Source: Polyangiaceae bacterium
Lineage (GTDB): Bacteria > Myxococcota_A > Polyangia > Polyangiales > Polyangiaceae
Length of the DNA: 64,000 nt
Direction of reading: 5' to 3'
NCBI GenBank assembly: GCA_965222375.1
Contig: CBDCTZ010000016.1
Location: 3,360,001 to 3,424,000, forward strand
Under the pieces are notes generated by a model. That model saw only the letters and a list, made by a program, of their open reading frames with translations, was not told where the DNA came from and ran no database searches. Of the stretch, positions 26,794-36,700 are shown one piece after another; the stretch's first letter is position 1; each line of letters opens with the position of its first letter. The translations under genes and the position numbers were made by a program.

Positions 26794-28455
26794 ATGACCG
26801 TACGGACTCAGCTCGCATCCGTTCAAGAGTTTGAAAAAGACTGCCCCGATGACCTCTGGTTCACTCAGCCCCTCGGTGGTGACCAGCTCAAGACCTTCAC
26901 ATTTGGCGAAGCCATGGATGAAGCACGCCGCATGGCCGCTCATCTCAAGTCGCTGGATCTACCGGACAAGAGCCAGATCGCGCTCTTCTCCAAGAACACT
27001 GCCTGGTGGATGATCGCAGATCTGGCGATTTGGCTCGCGGGTCATGTGACCGTGCCGCTCTATCCAACTCTGACCCCCGAGACGATTCGGCAGATCCTCG
27101 ATCACAGCGAATCGAAGCTGATCTTCGTGGGCAAGCTGGACGGTTTCGAGGCCATGGAGCCTGGCATTCCCGAGGGCTTGCCCCGCATCGCCCTGCCGCT
27201 GTCGCCGAAGATGGACGCACCCAAGTGGGATGACATCGTCGGAAAGACGGAGCCCCTCCAGGGAGAGGTCAAACGGGATCCGAGCGATCTCGCGACCATC
27301 ATCTACACTTCCGGCTCGACGGGCGTGCCCAAGGGCGTGATGCACAGCTTCGAGAGCATGAGCACTCCGCTCAGTGGCTTTGAAAAGCTGCTCCAGTTCG
27401 GCAAGTCGGATCGGATGCTCTCCTATTTGCCCCTCGCGCATGCTTTCGAGCGCACCGTCGTGGAGACGGGCACCTTCCTGACCGGCTTCCAAGTTTTCTT
27501 CGCCGAGAGCCTGGATACCTTTGTGAAAGACCTGAAGCGCGCCCGGCCTACGCTCTTCGTGAGCGTGCCGCGGCTGTGGCAGAAGTTCCAACTCGGCGTC
27601 TTCTCGAAAATGCCGCCCGAGCGTCTCGATCTGATGCTCAAGATCCCGATATTGCGCGGAATCATCCGGAAGAAGGTGCTGTCCGGGCTCGGTCTGGATG
27701 CGGTGAAGTACGCCGCAAGCGGCTCTGCGCCCATCCCCGCAGAGCTCATCGATTGGTACCGCTCTCTCGGCCTCGAGTTGCTGGAGGGCTACGGCATGAC
27801 CGAGAACTTCTCCTACAGTCACGCCACTCGCCCGGGCCAGGTGCGGGTGGGCTTCGTGGGCAGCGCAATGGATGGTGTGGAGTGCAAGCTGAGCGACGCC
27901 GGGGAGATCCTGGTCAAGAGCCCGGGCAACATGCTCGGCTACTTCAAAGCGCCGGATCTCACAGCAGAGGTCTTGGGTGCAGATGGCTGGCTGAGCACCG
28001 GTGATCGCGGCGAGATTGACGAACAAGGCCGCCTTCGCATCACCGGCCGGGTCAAGGAGTTGTTCAAGACCAGCAAGGGCAAGTACGTGGCGCCAGCCCC
28101 GATCGAGAACAAGCTACAACTCCACGATGACGTCGAAACCGCATGTGTGACCGGTGACGGTTTCCCGCAGCCCTACGGTATGGTCGTTCTGGGAGAGTTG
28201 ACGCGACCCAAGATCAAAGACCCGGCTGAACGCGAGCGTGTCGATCAGACTCTGAAAGAGCATATCAAGCGGGTCAACTCCGAGCTCGACCATCACGAGC
28301 AGCTCGGCTTCGTCGTGGTGATGAGCGAAGACTGGACCATCGAGAACGGCTTGCTCACCCCGACCATGAAGTTGAAGCGCGGTGCGATCGAGGACAAATA
28401 CAAGCCCAAGGCGGACGGCTGGGCTAAGAAGAAGGAAGTCGTGATTTGGGATTGA
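26794..28455 (+). CDS. Long-chain acyl-CoA synthetase (AMP-binding family)
   Basis: YTSGSTGVPKGV, EGYGMTE, TGD, GKYVAP. Confidence 0.92.
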   Translation: MTVRTQLASVQEFEKDCPDDLWFTQPLGGDQLKTFTFGEAMDEARRMAAHLKSLDLPDKSQIALFSKNTAWWMIADLAIWLAGHVTVPLYPTLTPETIRQILDHSESKLIFVGKLDGFEAMEPGIPEGLPRIALPLSPKMDAPKWDDIVGKTEPLQGEVKRDPSDLATIIYTSGSTGVPKGVMHSFESMSTPLSGFEKLLQFGKSDRMLSYLPLAHAFERTVVETGTFLTGFQVFFAESLDTFVKDLKRARPTLFVSVPRLWQKFQLGVFSKMPPERLDLMLKIPILRGIIRKKVLSGLGLDAVKYAASGSAPIPAELIDWYRSLGLELLEGYGMTENFSYSHATRPGQVRVGFVGSAMDGVECKLSDAGEILVKSPGNMLGYFKAPDLTAEVLGADGWLSTGDRGEIDEQGRLRITGRVKELFKTSKGKYVAPAPIENKLQLHDDVETACVTGDGFPQPYGMVVLGELTRPKIKDPAERERVDQTLKEHIKRVNSELDHHEQLGFVVVMSEDWTIENGLLTPTMKLKRGAIEDKYKPKADGWAKKKEVVIWD

Positions 28456-28607
28456 TTTGGTTCGCGCCCCCGGCCGGGCGGTAGCCCGGGTTAGGGTTGC
28501 GCCGCCGCCCAGCTAGGGCGGCGGTGTGCAACTTCCGCGCAGGGCGGGGGCATCAAATCCTGGGCGTTTACGCCGGGGGGGCTTCGCGCTACACGCGGGC
28601 GCGTTCG

Positions 28608-30317
28608 ATGAGCAGACAACCCGACAGCCCGGATCCGGCCGGTGGCGGCGAAGAAGCACTGATCAAAGCCCGCCGGGACAAGGCCGATGCTGTACGCGGT
28701 CGCGGCGAGATGCCCTTTGCCAACGATGTTCCGGCAAGCAAGCGCGTGCTGATAGCAGAGCTACGTAAGGACAACGAAGCGGCGCTGCTCGAGCCGCGGA
28801 GCGAATTGCGCTACGACCCGGAAAAGGTCACGGATCCCGAGCTGAAGTTCGTGTGCGGTCGACTGGTCGCGCGGCGCGGGTTTGGAAAGGCTTCGTTTCT
28901 TCGCCTCCGGGATGACACCGGCGAGATGCAGCTCTTTGCCAAGAAGGACATTCTCGGCGCGGCCTTCGAGCGCCTGGGAGACATCGACGTCGCGGATCAC
29001 CTCGAAGCGATGGGCCGCGTGATGGTCACCAAGACCGGCGAACTGAGTTTGGAGTTGCGGGATCTACGCTTGCTGACCAAGGCGCTGCGTCCGTTGCCGG
29101 ACAAGTGGCATGGGCTCTCGGACGTGGACCTGCGCTACCGGCGTCGGTACGTGGACCTGGTTGCCAACCCTGAGGTAGCCGGAGTGCTGCGCGCGCGATC
29201 GAACATCGTGCAGGCATTGCGAGAGTTCTTGGATGGGGAGCGATTCCTGGAAGTGGAAACTCCGACGCTGCATTCGCTAATTGGCGGCGCGGCAGCGCGC
29301 CCCTTCGTGACCCATCACAACACCTTGGACATGAAGCTCTTTCTGCGCATCGCGCCGGAGCTGTACCTGAAGCGTCTGTTGGTGGGTGGTTACGAGCGGG
29401 TCTACGAGATCGGCCGTTGTTATCGCAATGAGGGCATCAGCACCCGGCACAACCCGGAGTTCACGATGCTCGAGTACTACCAAGCGTACGCGACCTACGA
29501 GACGCTGATGGACAACACCGAGCGTATGCTGCGGCACGTCGACAAGCGCCTGCAGGAGTGCTTCGAGGCTCGCGGGCAGGTCGAGCAGTACGCCGGCTTC
29601 CGGGACGGGCGGAGCTTCACCCTCGAAGAGCCTTTCGTGCGCATCCCAATGAGCAAGGCGATTGGCGCTGCGGCCAAGCGAGCGGATCTTCCGGACAATC
29701 TGCTGGAGCTATTGCCCACGATCGCACTGCCGCCGGCCGACCAAGCACTGCCCGATGACGAGCGCGCCAAGGGAGACGCCTTGGTGGGGCAGCTTGCGAA
29801 GAAGAACGATCGCTCCCGGGCCATCGACTGGAAGAACTTCCGTCGCGGGCTGTTTGCCTGCGAAACCGACGGCGATCGAATCTTCGCCGCCTACGAGTAT
29901 CTGGCCGAGCCCTTTCTACCGGAAGACTATCGAAGCGCGGCGGGGGACAAGAGCGTGCCCGTCTTCATCACGGATTACCCCTTCGAGGTTTCGCCCCTCG
30001 CGCGGCGGAAGGATGGAGATCCGTCCTTGACGGATCGCTTCGAGTTGTTCGTGGACGGGCGAGAGCTGTGTAACGCCTTCAGTGAGCTGAACGACCCCGA
30101 CGACCAAGCCTCTCGATTTCGGGACCAGGTGGAGCGCAAGGCCCGGGGCGCCGAAGAGACCATGGACTATGATGCGGACTACATCCGCGCCCTCGAGCAT
30201 GGCATGCCACCGGCTGCCGGCTTCGGCCTTGGCGTAGACCGCTTGGTGATGATGTTGACGGGCCAGGCGTCGATCCGCGACGTGATCGCCTTTCCGCTTC
30301 TACGCCCGGAAGGCTGA
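28608..30317 (+). CDS. lysS: Lysine--tRNA ligase (class II)
   Basis: LRPLPDKWHGL, LRIAPELYLKRL, HNPEFT, GMPPAAGFGLGVDRL. Confidence 0.96.
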   Translation: MSRQPDSPDPAGGGEEALIKARRDKADAVRGRGEMPFANDVPASKRVLIAELRKDNEAALLEPRSELRYDPEKVTDPELKFVCGRLVARRGFGKASFLRLRDDTGEMQLFAKKDILGAAFERLGDIDVADHLEAMGRVMVTKTGELSLELRDLRLLTKALRPLPDKWHGLSDVDLRYRRRYVDLVANPEVAGVLRARSNIVQALREFLDGERFLEVETPTLHSLIGGAAARPFVTHHNTLDMKLFLRIAPELYLKRLLVGGYERVYEIGRCYRNEGISTRHNPEFTMLEYYQAYATYETLMDNTERMLRHVDKRLQECFEARGQVEQYAGFRDGRSFTLEEPFVRIPMSKAIGAAAKRADLPDNLLELLPTIALPPADQALPDDERAKGDALVGQLAKKNDRSRAIDWKNFRRGLFACETDGDRIFAAYEYLAEPFLPEDYRSAAGDKSVPVFITDYPFEVSPLARRKDGDPSLTDRFELFVDGRELCNAFSELNDPDDQASRFRDQVERKARGAEETMDYDADYIRALEHGMPPAAGFGLGVDRLVMMLTGQASIRDVIAFPLLRPEG

Positions 30318-30323
30318 TCGAAG

Positions 30324-32030
30324 ATGCAAACGGGCCCCACCTCAGAAGTTCCGCAGGGATTCGTGGCTCAAGCCTGGACGGCCATCGGTCTGCCGGGGCG
30401 GCTGGCGGTGATCTTGCTGATCTCGATCATCGTGATTTCGGTGATCGTTTGGGGGCTCAAGCGATTGGGTCGCCGCGGGCGCCGCAGCCTGCTGTGGGGA
30501 GTGACCGGCGTATGCTTGGTCGGGGTTGTGAGCCTCGGCATGTGGGCCGCAAAGCTGCCCGAACCCCGCGGCAGCACCTTCATCCTGTGGCATCAGCTCG
30601 TGCGGATCGGCGCGGCGCTTTCGGGGACTTTCTTCGTGGTCGGTTTCATGGCCTTGGCCATGCCCTGGCTCCTCGATCGGATCGAGGGGCGTGGTTTCAT
30701 TCCATTCGTGGCGGTGCGCCACGTGCGATCTACGAAAAGTGGTTTTTTGACCGTGATCTCATTTCTGAGCATCGCCGGCGTGGGCGTCAGCGCCTTTGCG
30801 CTGTGCGCGGTGGTGAGCGTCATGGGTGGGTTCGGGGCGGATCTCAAGCGAAAGATCCTCGGCAACAACGCTCACATGAAGGTGGAGGCGGGGGCCCATG
30901 GAGGCTTCGAAGAGTGGCAGCCCATGTTGGAGAAGGTGCGCCAGGTCGAAGGGGTGAGTGCCGCCACGCCGGTGGCGGCGGGCGAGGCCATGGCGTCGAG
31001 TACCTCGAATCGCGCTGGCACCATCATTCGGGGAATCGAGCCAGACTCCATCGGTTCGGTTATCGATCTTCTCAAGAACATCGAGGTCGGCAAGTTCGAA
31101 TACTTGGTCAAGCCGGAGCAGTTGACGGCACTGCCGCCGAATACGGTGATCGGCATCGGCCGCACCGGCGAGAAGTACACCAAGGGGCCGAACATCCGGC
31201 CGTACTTCGCCAAGAGCAAGCGGCCCAAGAAGGATCCAGTCTACCCAGGCATCATCGTAGGCCGCGAGTTGGCGAAGAGCCTGCATCTGTACCTGGGGGA
31301 CGAAGTCACGTTGGTGTCGCCGCTTGGCGATTTGGGTCCGATGGGTGTGCTGCCCCGCACCCGTCGCTTCCGAGTGGCAGCGATCTTCTACAGCGGGATG
31401 TACGAGTACGACTCGAGCCACGTGTACATGCGCATGGCGGATGCCCAAGAGTTTCTAGATCTGGGCAAGCGCGTCACGGGCATCGAAATCCGCGTGGAAA
31501 AACCCGAGAACGTCGAGCAGGTGACGCCGCGGGTGGCCGCCGTGGCAACGGGCGATCTGAAAGTGCGGGATTGGAAAGAGACTAACAAGAATCTGTTTTC
31601 CGCCTTGAAGCTGGAAAAGATCGCGACCTTCATCATCTTGAGCATCGCCATTGCCGTGGCGAGCTTCTGCATCATCTGCACCCTGCTGCTGATGGTCACG
31701 GAAAAGAGTAAGGAGATCGCCATCATGAAGGCGCTAGGGGCGAGTGACCGCGCCATCCTGCGGGTATTCATGAGTGAAGGCGTGATCATTGGCAGCATCG
31801 GAACCGTCTTCGGTGTGGTGACGGGCCTGGTCACGGTCCTGGGCTTGCTATGGTTTGGAGTGCGCCTCGATCCCGATGTGTATTACGTGGATCGGTTGCC
31901 CATCTCGGTTGACCCCGTGGATTACAGCTTGGTTGCCGTCGCGGCGATGGTGATCACCACCATTGCTACGATATATCCTGCGCTAGCCGCCAGCCGCTTG
32001 CGCCCCGTCGACGGCATACGCTACGAGTAG
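30324..32030 (+). CDS. lolC: Lipoprotein-releasing ABC transporter permease (LolC/E)
   Basis: SVMGGF, LFSALKLEK, EKSKEIAIMKALGA, VYYVDRLP; lysS-lolC-lolD synteny. Confidence 0.85.
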   Translation: MQTGPTSEVPQGFVAQAWTAIGLPGRLAVILLISIIVISVIVWGLKRLGRRGRRSLLWGVTGVCLVGVVSLGMWAAKLPEPRGSTFILWHQLVRIGAALSGTFFVVGFMALAMPWLLDRIEGRGFIPFVAVRHVRSTKSGFLTVISFLSIAGVGVSAFALCAVVSVMGGFGADLKRKILGNNAHMKVEAGAHGGFEEWQPMLEKVRQVEGVSAATPVAAGEAMASSTSNRAGTIIRGIEPDSIGSVIDLLKNIEVGKFEYLVKPEQLTALPPNTVIGIGRTGEKYTKGPNIRPYFAKSKRPKKDPVYPGIIVGRELAKSLHLYLGDEVTLVSPLGDLGPMGVLPRTRRFRVAAIFYSGMYEYDSSHVYMRMADAQEFLDLGKRVTGIEIRVEKPENVEQVTPRVAAVATGDLKVRDWKETNKNLFSALKLEKIATFIILSIAIAVASFCIICTLLLMVTEKSKEIAIMKALGASDRAILRVFMSEGVIIGSIGTVFGVVTGLVTVLGLLWFGVRLDPDVYYVDRLPISVDPVDYSLVAVAAMVITTIATIYPALAASRLRPVDGIRYE

Positions 32031-32037
32031 GCCGTCC

Positions 32038-32829
32038 ATGACCGACCCCACCTCTGCCTATCGCGACAACGTCGCCTCCAAGACCGGAGAAGAGCTCGTC
32101 GTCATTAGCGACTTGCACAAAAGCTTCGAGCACATGGGTCGCACCCTGCACGTGCTCAAGGGGATCGACCTCACCATCTATTCGGGGCAGATCTTGAGCA
32201 TCGTGGGGCCCTCGGGCGCCGGCAAGAGCACGCTCTTGCACTGTATCGGGACGTTGGACCTGCCGACCACGGGCAGCATCCAGCTTGGGGGTGAAGAGCT
32301 CACCACCATGAGCCAGTCGCGCCTGGCGGCGGTTCGCAACAAGGACATCGGGTTCGTCTTTCAGTTTCACCACTTGCTGCCCGAGTTCACGGCGCGTGAA
32401 AACGTGATGTTGCCCGGCCTGATCCAAGGGCGCTCCCGCAAAGAGATGCAGGAGCGGGCCGGCTCCCTGCTCACCGGCGTCGGGCTCGGGGACCGGGCGA
32501 CCCACCGACCGGGTGAGCTTTCGGGTGGCGAGCAGCAGCGCGTTGCCGTTGCGCGAGCCTTGGCCTTGGGGCCGCGGCTGGTGCTGGCGGATGAGCCCAC
32601 GGGCAATCTGGATAGCGCCACGAGTGGAGCCATTCACGAATTGTTCTTCAAGATCACCGAGGACTTTGGCACGACCATCGTCGTGGTGACTCACAACCCG
32701 AGCTTTGCCGAGAGCATGCCCCGGGTCGTGCGCATGAAGGACGGCCGCGTCGAAAAGGACGACAAGGGCCACCAGAGCGACGAGCGGGCGGCCCGGGCGA
32801 GTGACGCCAGCGTTGCCGAAAGCGCCTGA
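32038..32829 (+). CDS. lolD: Lipoprotein-releasing ABC transporter ATPase
   Basis: GPSGAGKS, GFVFQFHHLLPEF, LSGGEQQR, ADEPTGNLD. Confidence 0.9.
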   Translation: MTDPTSAYRDNVASKTGEELVVISDLHKSFEHMGRTLHVLKGIDLTIYSGQILSIVGPSGAGKSTLLHCIGTLDLPTTGSIQLGGEELTTMSQSRLAAVRNKDIGFVFQFHHLLPEFTARENVMLPGLIQGRSRKEMQERAGSLLTGVGLGDRATHRPGELSGGEQQRVAVARALALGPRLVLADEPTGNLDSATSGAIHELFFKITEDFGTTIVVVTHNPSFAESMPRVVRMKDGRVEKDDKGHQSDERAARASDASVAESA

Positions 32830-32906
32830 GCGCGCCCGCGATTTCCGTGCGGGAATCGCCGCGGGCGACGACTCTCGGCTAGCGTTGCTGGGCGGCCTGG
32901 CGCATC

Positions 32907-33413
32907 ATGAGTCGCATGAACGTTCGCCTGCTGCCCTGCCCATCTTGTCTACGGCACGTACGCGCCTCTGAACAGAATTGCCCATTTTGCGCCGTGGGCG
33001 TGGAGTTTCCGGATGCAGCGCCACTCCGGGCGACCTGGGCGGAGACGCGCCTTTCCCGAAGTGCGAGGGTGGCTTTGGGCGCGGCGTTGGCTGCGACTGG
33101 TGCGTCGGGTTGTGGCGGTAGCCCTGCTCCGGTGCCCGTGTACGGCGCTCCGGCGCCCGAGCCTCCTCCTGAGGAGTCGATGCCCCTGGAGCCCGAAGAG
33201 CCAACGGATCCGGGTGATGGCGAGTTCGCCACACCGCCAGACGGAGAGCTGACTCCCGGGCCCGATGCCGGTGCGATGCGTCCGAAATACGGCGCGCCAC
33301 CAATGCCGCCGGATGAAGGCGCCAACCGCCCCAAGTATGGCGCGCCCCCGCCGCCGGACGATCCCGGCACCATGAAGCCGCTCTACGGAGTGCCTCAAGC
33401 GCCGCGCAAGTAA
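32907..33413 (+). CDS. Small lipoprotein-like protein with CxxC/CPFC leader and four YG(A/V)P repeats; RiPP-like precursor candidate
   Basis: CPSCLRHV...CPFC, hydrophobic segment, ASGC, then VYGAP, KYGAPP x2, LYGVP. Confidence 0.75.
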   Translation: MSRMNVRLLPCPSCLRHVRASEQNCPFCAVGVEFPDAAPLRATWAETRLSRSARVALGAALAATGASGCGGSPAPVPVYGAPAPEPPPEESMPLEPEEPTDPGDGEFATPPDGELTPGPDAGAMRPKYGAPPMPPDEGANRPKYGAPPPPDDPGTMKPLYGVPQAPRK

Positions 33414-33422
33414 CGCCTGGGC

Positions 33423-34454
33423 TCAATGCAGCGGCAAAAGGTGCACTGGGTCGCCAGCTTGCACCTTCAATCGCTCTGCGGCATCCCGGCACAACCGGAT
33501 GCGACCGTCAGCTAGCTCGTGGATCGGGGACGCCACCGCGCGGTAGTAGGGTGGCCCGTTGTGGTCCCGACCGACCAGCGCCAGATGTCCCTCGGGCGCG
33601 TCGTCGAGGAGCTGTCCGAGCTGGGTTGCCCGGGCGGCCTGAATCAAGGTGACGTCGTCAGTGTCTGCTACGAAGTGGGGCCCACCATCGAAGGGGTCCA
33701 CGCGATCTGCGTAGCGAAAGCCGATGCGGCGCAGCATCTTCTCGACGCCCTTGGTTTGGGCGCCGACCTCGCCGATGACGCTTTGGGCTTCCTGGCTGAG
33801 CACCGAGGCGTAGATCAAGCCGCTGGGAAACAGGTCTCGAATGAAAGACTTGTTCTCGCTGGATAGGCGATCCGCCTCGGCGTAGCTGATGCCGGTGAAG
33901 TGTCTGCCCAACGCCTCCCACAGGTGACTCGTTCCGTCTTCCTCGAGGGGTGGCAGTAGCTCGGCGAGGATCTCGTTCTGAAACAACTTGCGGTGCATGG
34001 CGATGAACAGGAAGCGCACATAGGAGATCTGAAGTCCCAGCTTTTCTTTGGAGGCGCGACACTCGGGGGCCACCACCAGTCCGCCAATCTCCGTCGGCCC
34101 TTGGTAGGAAAAACCGAGGCGCAGCGCCGGGTGGTGAAAGTGCTTGTCCAGCAGTCTGGAGTATTTCTCTTCGTCGATGACGTCCAGGTAGATGTAGGGC
34201 GCGTCGCGCCGGCCGAGGCGCGCGACGATCATGCTGGTGCCGACGGCACGCTCTTGCTCGTGATCCCAAATCAGGAAGACGTATTTGCGGTGGGTTACGT
34301 TGTGGATCTTACCCGAGAAGCTCCGCTCGCTGTGCTCGAGCAACGACCGGACGTAGGACGGATCGTTGGGTAAGTTGACGCTGTTCAGGTAGTGCGCGAG
34401 TCGGAGGAGCTCGTCCTCGTCCTGAAGAAGCGCGCCGCGGATCTCGAAGCGCAT
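33423..34454 (-). CDS. astA: Arginine N-succinyltransferase
   Basis: GPTEIGGL, LWEALGRHF, EADRLS, VIGEVG, DPFDGGP. Confidence 0.88.
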   Translation of the reverse strand: MRFEIRGALLQDEDELLRLAHYLNSVNLPNDPSYVRSLLEHSERSFSGKIHNVTHRKYVFLIWDHEQERAVGTSMIVARLGRRDAPYIYLDVIDEEKYSRLLDKHFHHPALRLGFSYQGPTEIGGLVVAPECRASKEKLGLQISYVRFLFIAMHRKLFQNEILAELLPPLEEDGTSHLWEALGRHFTGISYAEADRLSSENKSFIRDLFPSGLIYASVLSQEAQSVIGEVGAQTKGVEKMLRRIGFRYADRVDPFDGGPHFVADTDDVTLIQAARATQLGQLLDDAPEGHLALVGRDHNGPPYYRAVASPIHELADGRIRLCRDAAERLKVQAGDPVHLLPLH

Positions 34455-34564
34455 AGGACCATCGTTTCTAGCATGCGCGCCCTGAAGCGTGGGGCCGGGC
34501 GACGGCATTGTCTCGCCAAAGATGCCGGCCGCCGCGAGAAAGCCGTGCTATGCGACGTGGCGGA

Positions 34565-35407
34565 ATGACCTTTCAGATCTTTTCTGGGACCAAGAGCTAC
34601 ATCACGGATCCGGCCCTCGAAGCCGCCGTCAACGCGGCGCTGGCGTTGGAACGGCCCCTCTTGGTCAAAGGCGAACCCGGCACCGGAAAAACGCTGCTGG
34701 CAGCGGCGGTCGCGGATGCTCTGGAACACCCCTTGATTCACTGGCCCGTCAAGTCGACCACCCGCGCCCAAGACGGTTTGTACGTGTACGACACTGTGCA
34801 GCGCCTGTATGACGCGCGCTTCGGCGACGCAGGGCCCGAGGGCGTGCGTGATATCAAGCGATACATCAAGCACGGCCCTCTGGGCAGAGCTCTGGCGTCG
34901 GAGCAGCGAGTCGTTCTGCTGATTGACGAGGTGGACAAGGCCGATCTCGAGTTCCCCAACGATCTGTTGCACGAGCTCGATCGAATGCGGTTTTACATTT
35001 CAGAAACCCGAGAAGAGCTCGTTGCCAAGCATCGGCCAATCGTGATCATCACCAGCAACAACGAAAAGGAATTGCCGGATGCGTTCTTGCGCCGTTGCGT
35101 CTTTCACTTCATTGACTTTCCGGATCCGGAGTTGATGAAGCGCATCGTGCGCGTGCACCATCCCGAGGTGGACGACAGCTTGGTGGACCAAGCGATTGGC
35201 GCGTTCTTCGACGTGCGCGGAGTGCCGCGGCTACGCAAGAAGCCAAGTACCAGTGAGTTGATCGACTGGATTGCGGTCTTGGCGCAATCTGGCGTCGGAG
35301 AGGACCGGATCCGAAACGAACTTCCCTTCGGCAGTGTCTTGATCAAGAAGGAACAAGACCAGGCCGTGCTCGCAGAGCATCGCTCTGGGCGTGCTCGCCG
35401 CTGGTAG
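34565..35407 (+). CDS. MoxR-family AAA+ ATPase
   Basis: GEPGTGKT, LLIDEVDKAD, TSNNEKELPDAFLRRC, KKPSTSEL. Confidence 0.92.
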   Translation: MTFQIFSGTKSYITDPALEAAVNAALALERPLLVKGEPGTGKTLLAAAVADALEHPLIHWPVKSTTRAQDGLYVYDTVQRLYDARFGDAGPEGVRDIKRYIKHGPLGRALASEQRVVLLIDEVDKADLEFPNDLLHELDRMRFYISETREELVAKHRPIVIITSNNEKELPDAFLRRCVFHFIDFPDPELMKRIVRVHHPEVDDSLVDQAIGAFFDVRGVPRLRKKPSTSELIDWIAVLAQSGVGEDRIRNELPFGSVLIKKEQDQAVLAEHRSGRARRW

Positions 35408-35486
35408 GGCGCGAAGGGGTCTTCTCCCGTACCTCTGGCGGGGCAGGTATCACGGCCGCGGTGGCGGTCGTGATACAAACGATGTC

Positions 35487-36695
35487 GTGACCCAAGAAAA
35501 GTGGCCGTTCCCTCGTGCCGAGTCCCTCCCCACCTACGCGTTTGTTGCCACCGATAGCGTGAAGGCGCGCGCGATCGCGGCTGGCGCGGAGCTGATTGAC
35601 CTCGGGCTCGGTAATCCAGATCGCCCGACGCCGGGGCCGATCATAGCGCAGCTGCACGCCGCGGCGGATGTGGGCAAGAACCACCGCTACCACCCGGGGC
35701 GCGGTTTGCCCGAGCTGCGCCAAGCCATCGCGGCTTGGTACCACCGGAGGCATCACGTCAGCTTCGACCCGGACGAGGAAGTCATCGTCACGATGGGGGC
35801 GAAGGAAGGCATCAGCCACCTCTGCCTCGCCATGCTCGACCGTGGTGATCACGCGGTGGTGCCGGATCCTTGCTACCCCATCCACAAGGGCGCGCCACTG
35901 ATCGCCGGCGCAGAGGTCGCAGGCTATTCTGTGGACGCCGACATCGAGCCGGCGAAGGCTGTCTCCGACGCTCTCAGGCGGGTGCAGGCTGCGGGGGGCA
36001 AGCCGAAGCTGATCATCGCGAACTACCCGCAGAACCCCACCGGGCGCGTGATCGACAAGCCGGCACTCAAAGAACTACTCAGGGTCGTCAAGGACGCGGG
36101 CGCACTCCTGCTCCACGACCTGGCTTATGCAGACTTGGACTTCGCCAATCGTCACGCCCCGAGCATCTTCGACTGTGGAGCGGATGCTGCGGACGTGCGG
36201 AAGTACGCGGTGGAGGTGTTCAGCATGTCCAAGAGCTACAACATGCCGGGGTGGCGCATCGCGTACATGGTGGGCAACGAGCGCATGGTCGGCGCTCTGT
36301 CTCATATGAAGACGTACATGGACTACGGCACCTTCATCCCGCTCCAGTACGCGGCGGCATGGGCCCTGGAGCACGGCGACGGGATCGTGGACGAGATCCG
36401 CGACTTGTATCGCGCGCGGGCATCGGCGCTGGTGGCCGGTCTTCGGTCAGCGGGCTGGGGAGACGTGCCCGAGCCGAGCGGCACCATGTTCGTCTGGGCC
36501 CGGCTGCCGAAGAAGCTCGCCGAGCTGTCGTCTCTGGACGCGACTTGTCAGTTGATCGAGCACGCTCATGTGGCGCTCTCGCCTGGGAGCGGTTTCGGAG
36601 ACGGCGGCGAGGGCTACCTGCGCTTCGCGCTGATCGAAGATCCGCCCCGCATCGAAGAAGCTTGCGCTCGAATTGGGCGCTTCTTGAAGAGCTAG
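35487..36695 (+). CDS. Class I/II PLP aminotransferase (AlaC/LL-DAP aminotransferase-like)
   Basis: DLGLGNPD, NYPQNPTG, DLAYADL, SMSKSYNMPGWRI. Confidence 0.9.
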   Translation: MTQEKWPFPRAESLPTYAFVATDSVKARAIAAGAELIDLGLGNPDRPTPGPIIAQLHAAADVGKNHRYHPGRGLPELRQAIAAWYHRRHHVSFDPDEEVIVTMGAKEGISHLCLAMLDRGDHAVVPDPCYPIHKGAPLIAGAEVAGYSVDADIEPAKAVSDALRRVQAAGGKPKLIIANYPQNPTGRVIDKPALKELLRVVKDAGALLLHDLAYADLDFANRHAPSIFDCGADAADVRKYAVEVFSMSKSYNMPGWRIAYMVGNERMVGALSHMKTYMDYGTFIPLQYAAAWALEHGDGIVDEIRDLYRARASALVAGLRSAGWGDVPEPSGTMFVWARLPKKLAELSSLDATCQLIEHAHVALSPGSGFGDGGEGYLRFALIEDPPRIEEACARIGRFLKS

Positions 36696-36700
36696 CCCGC

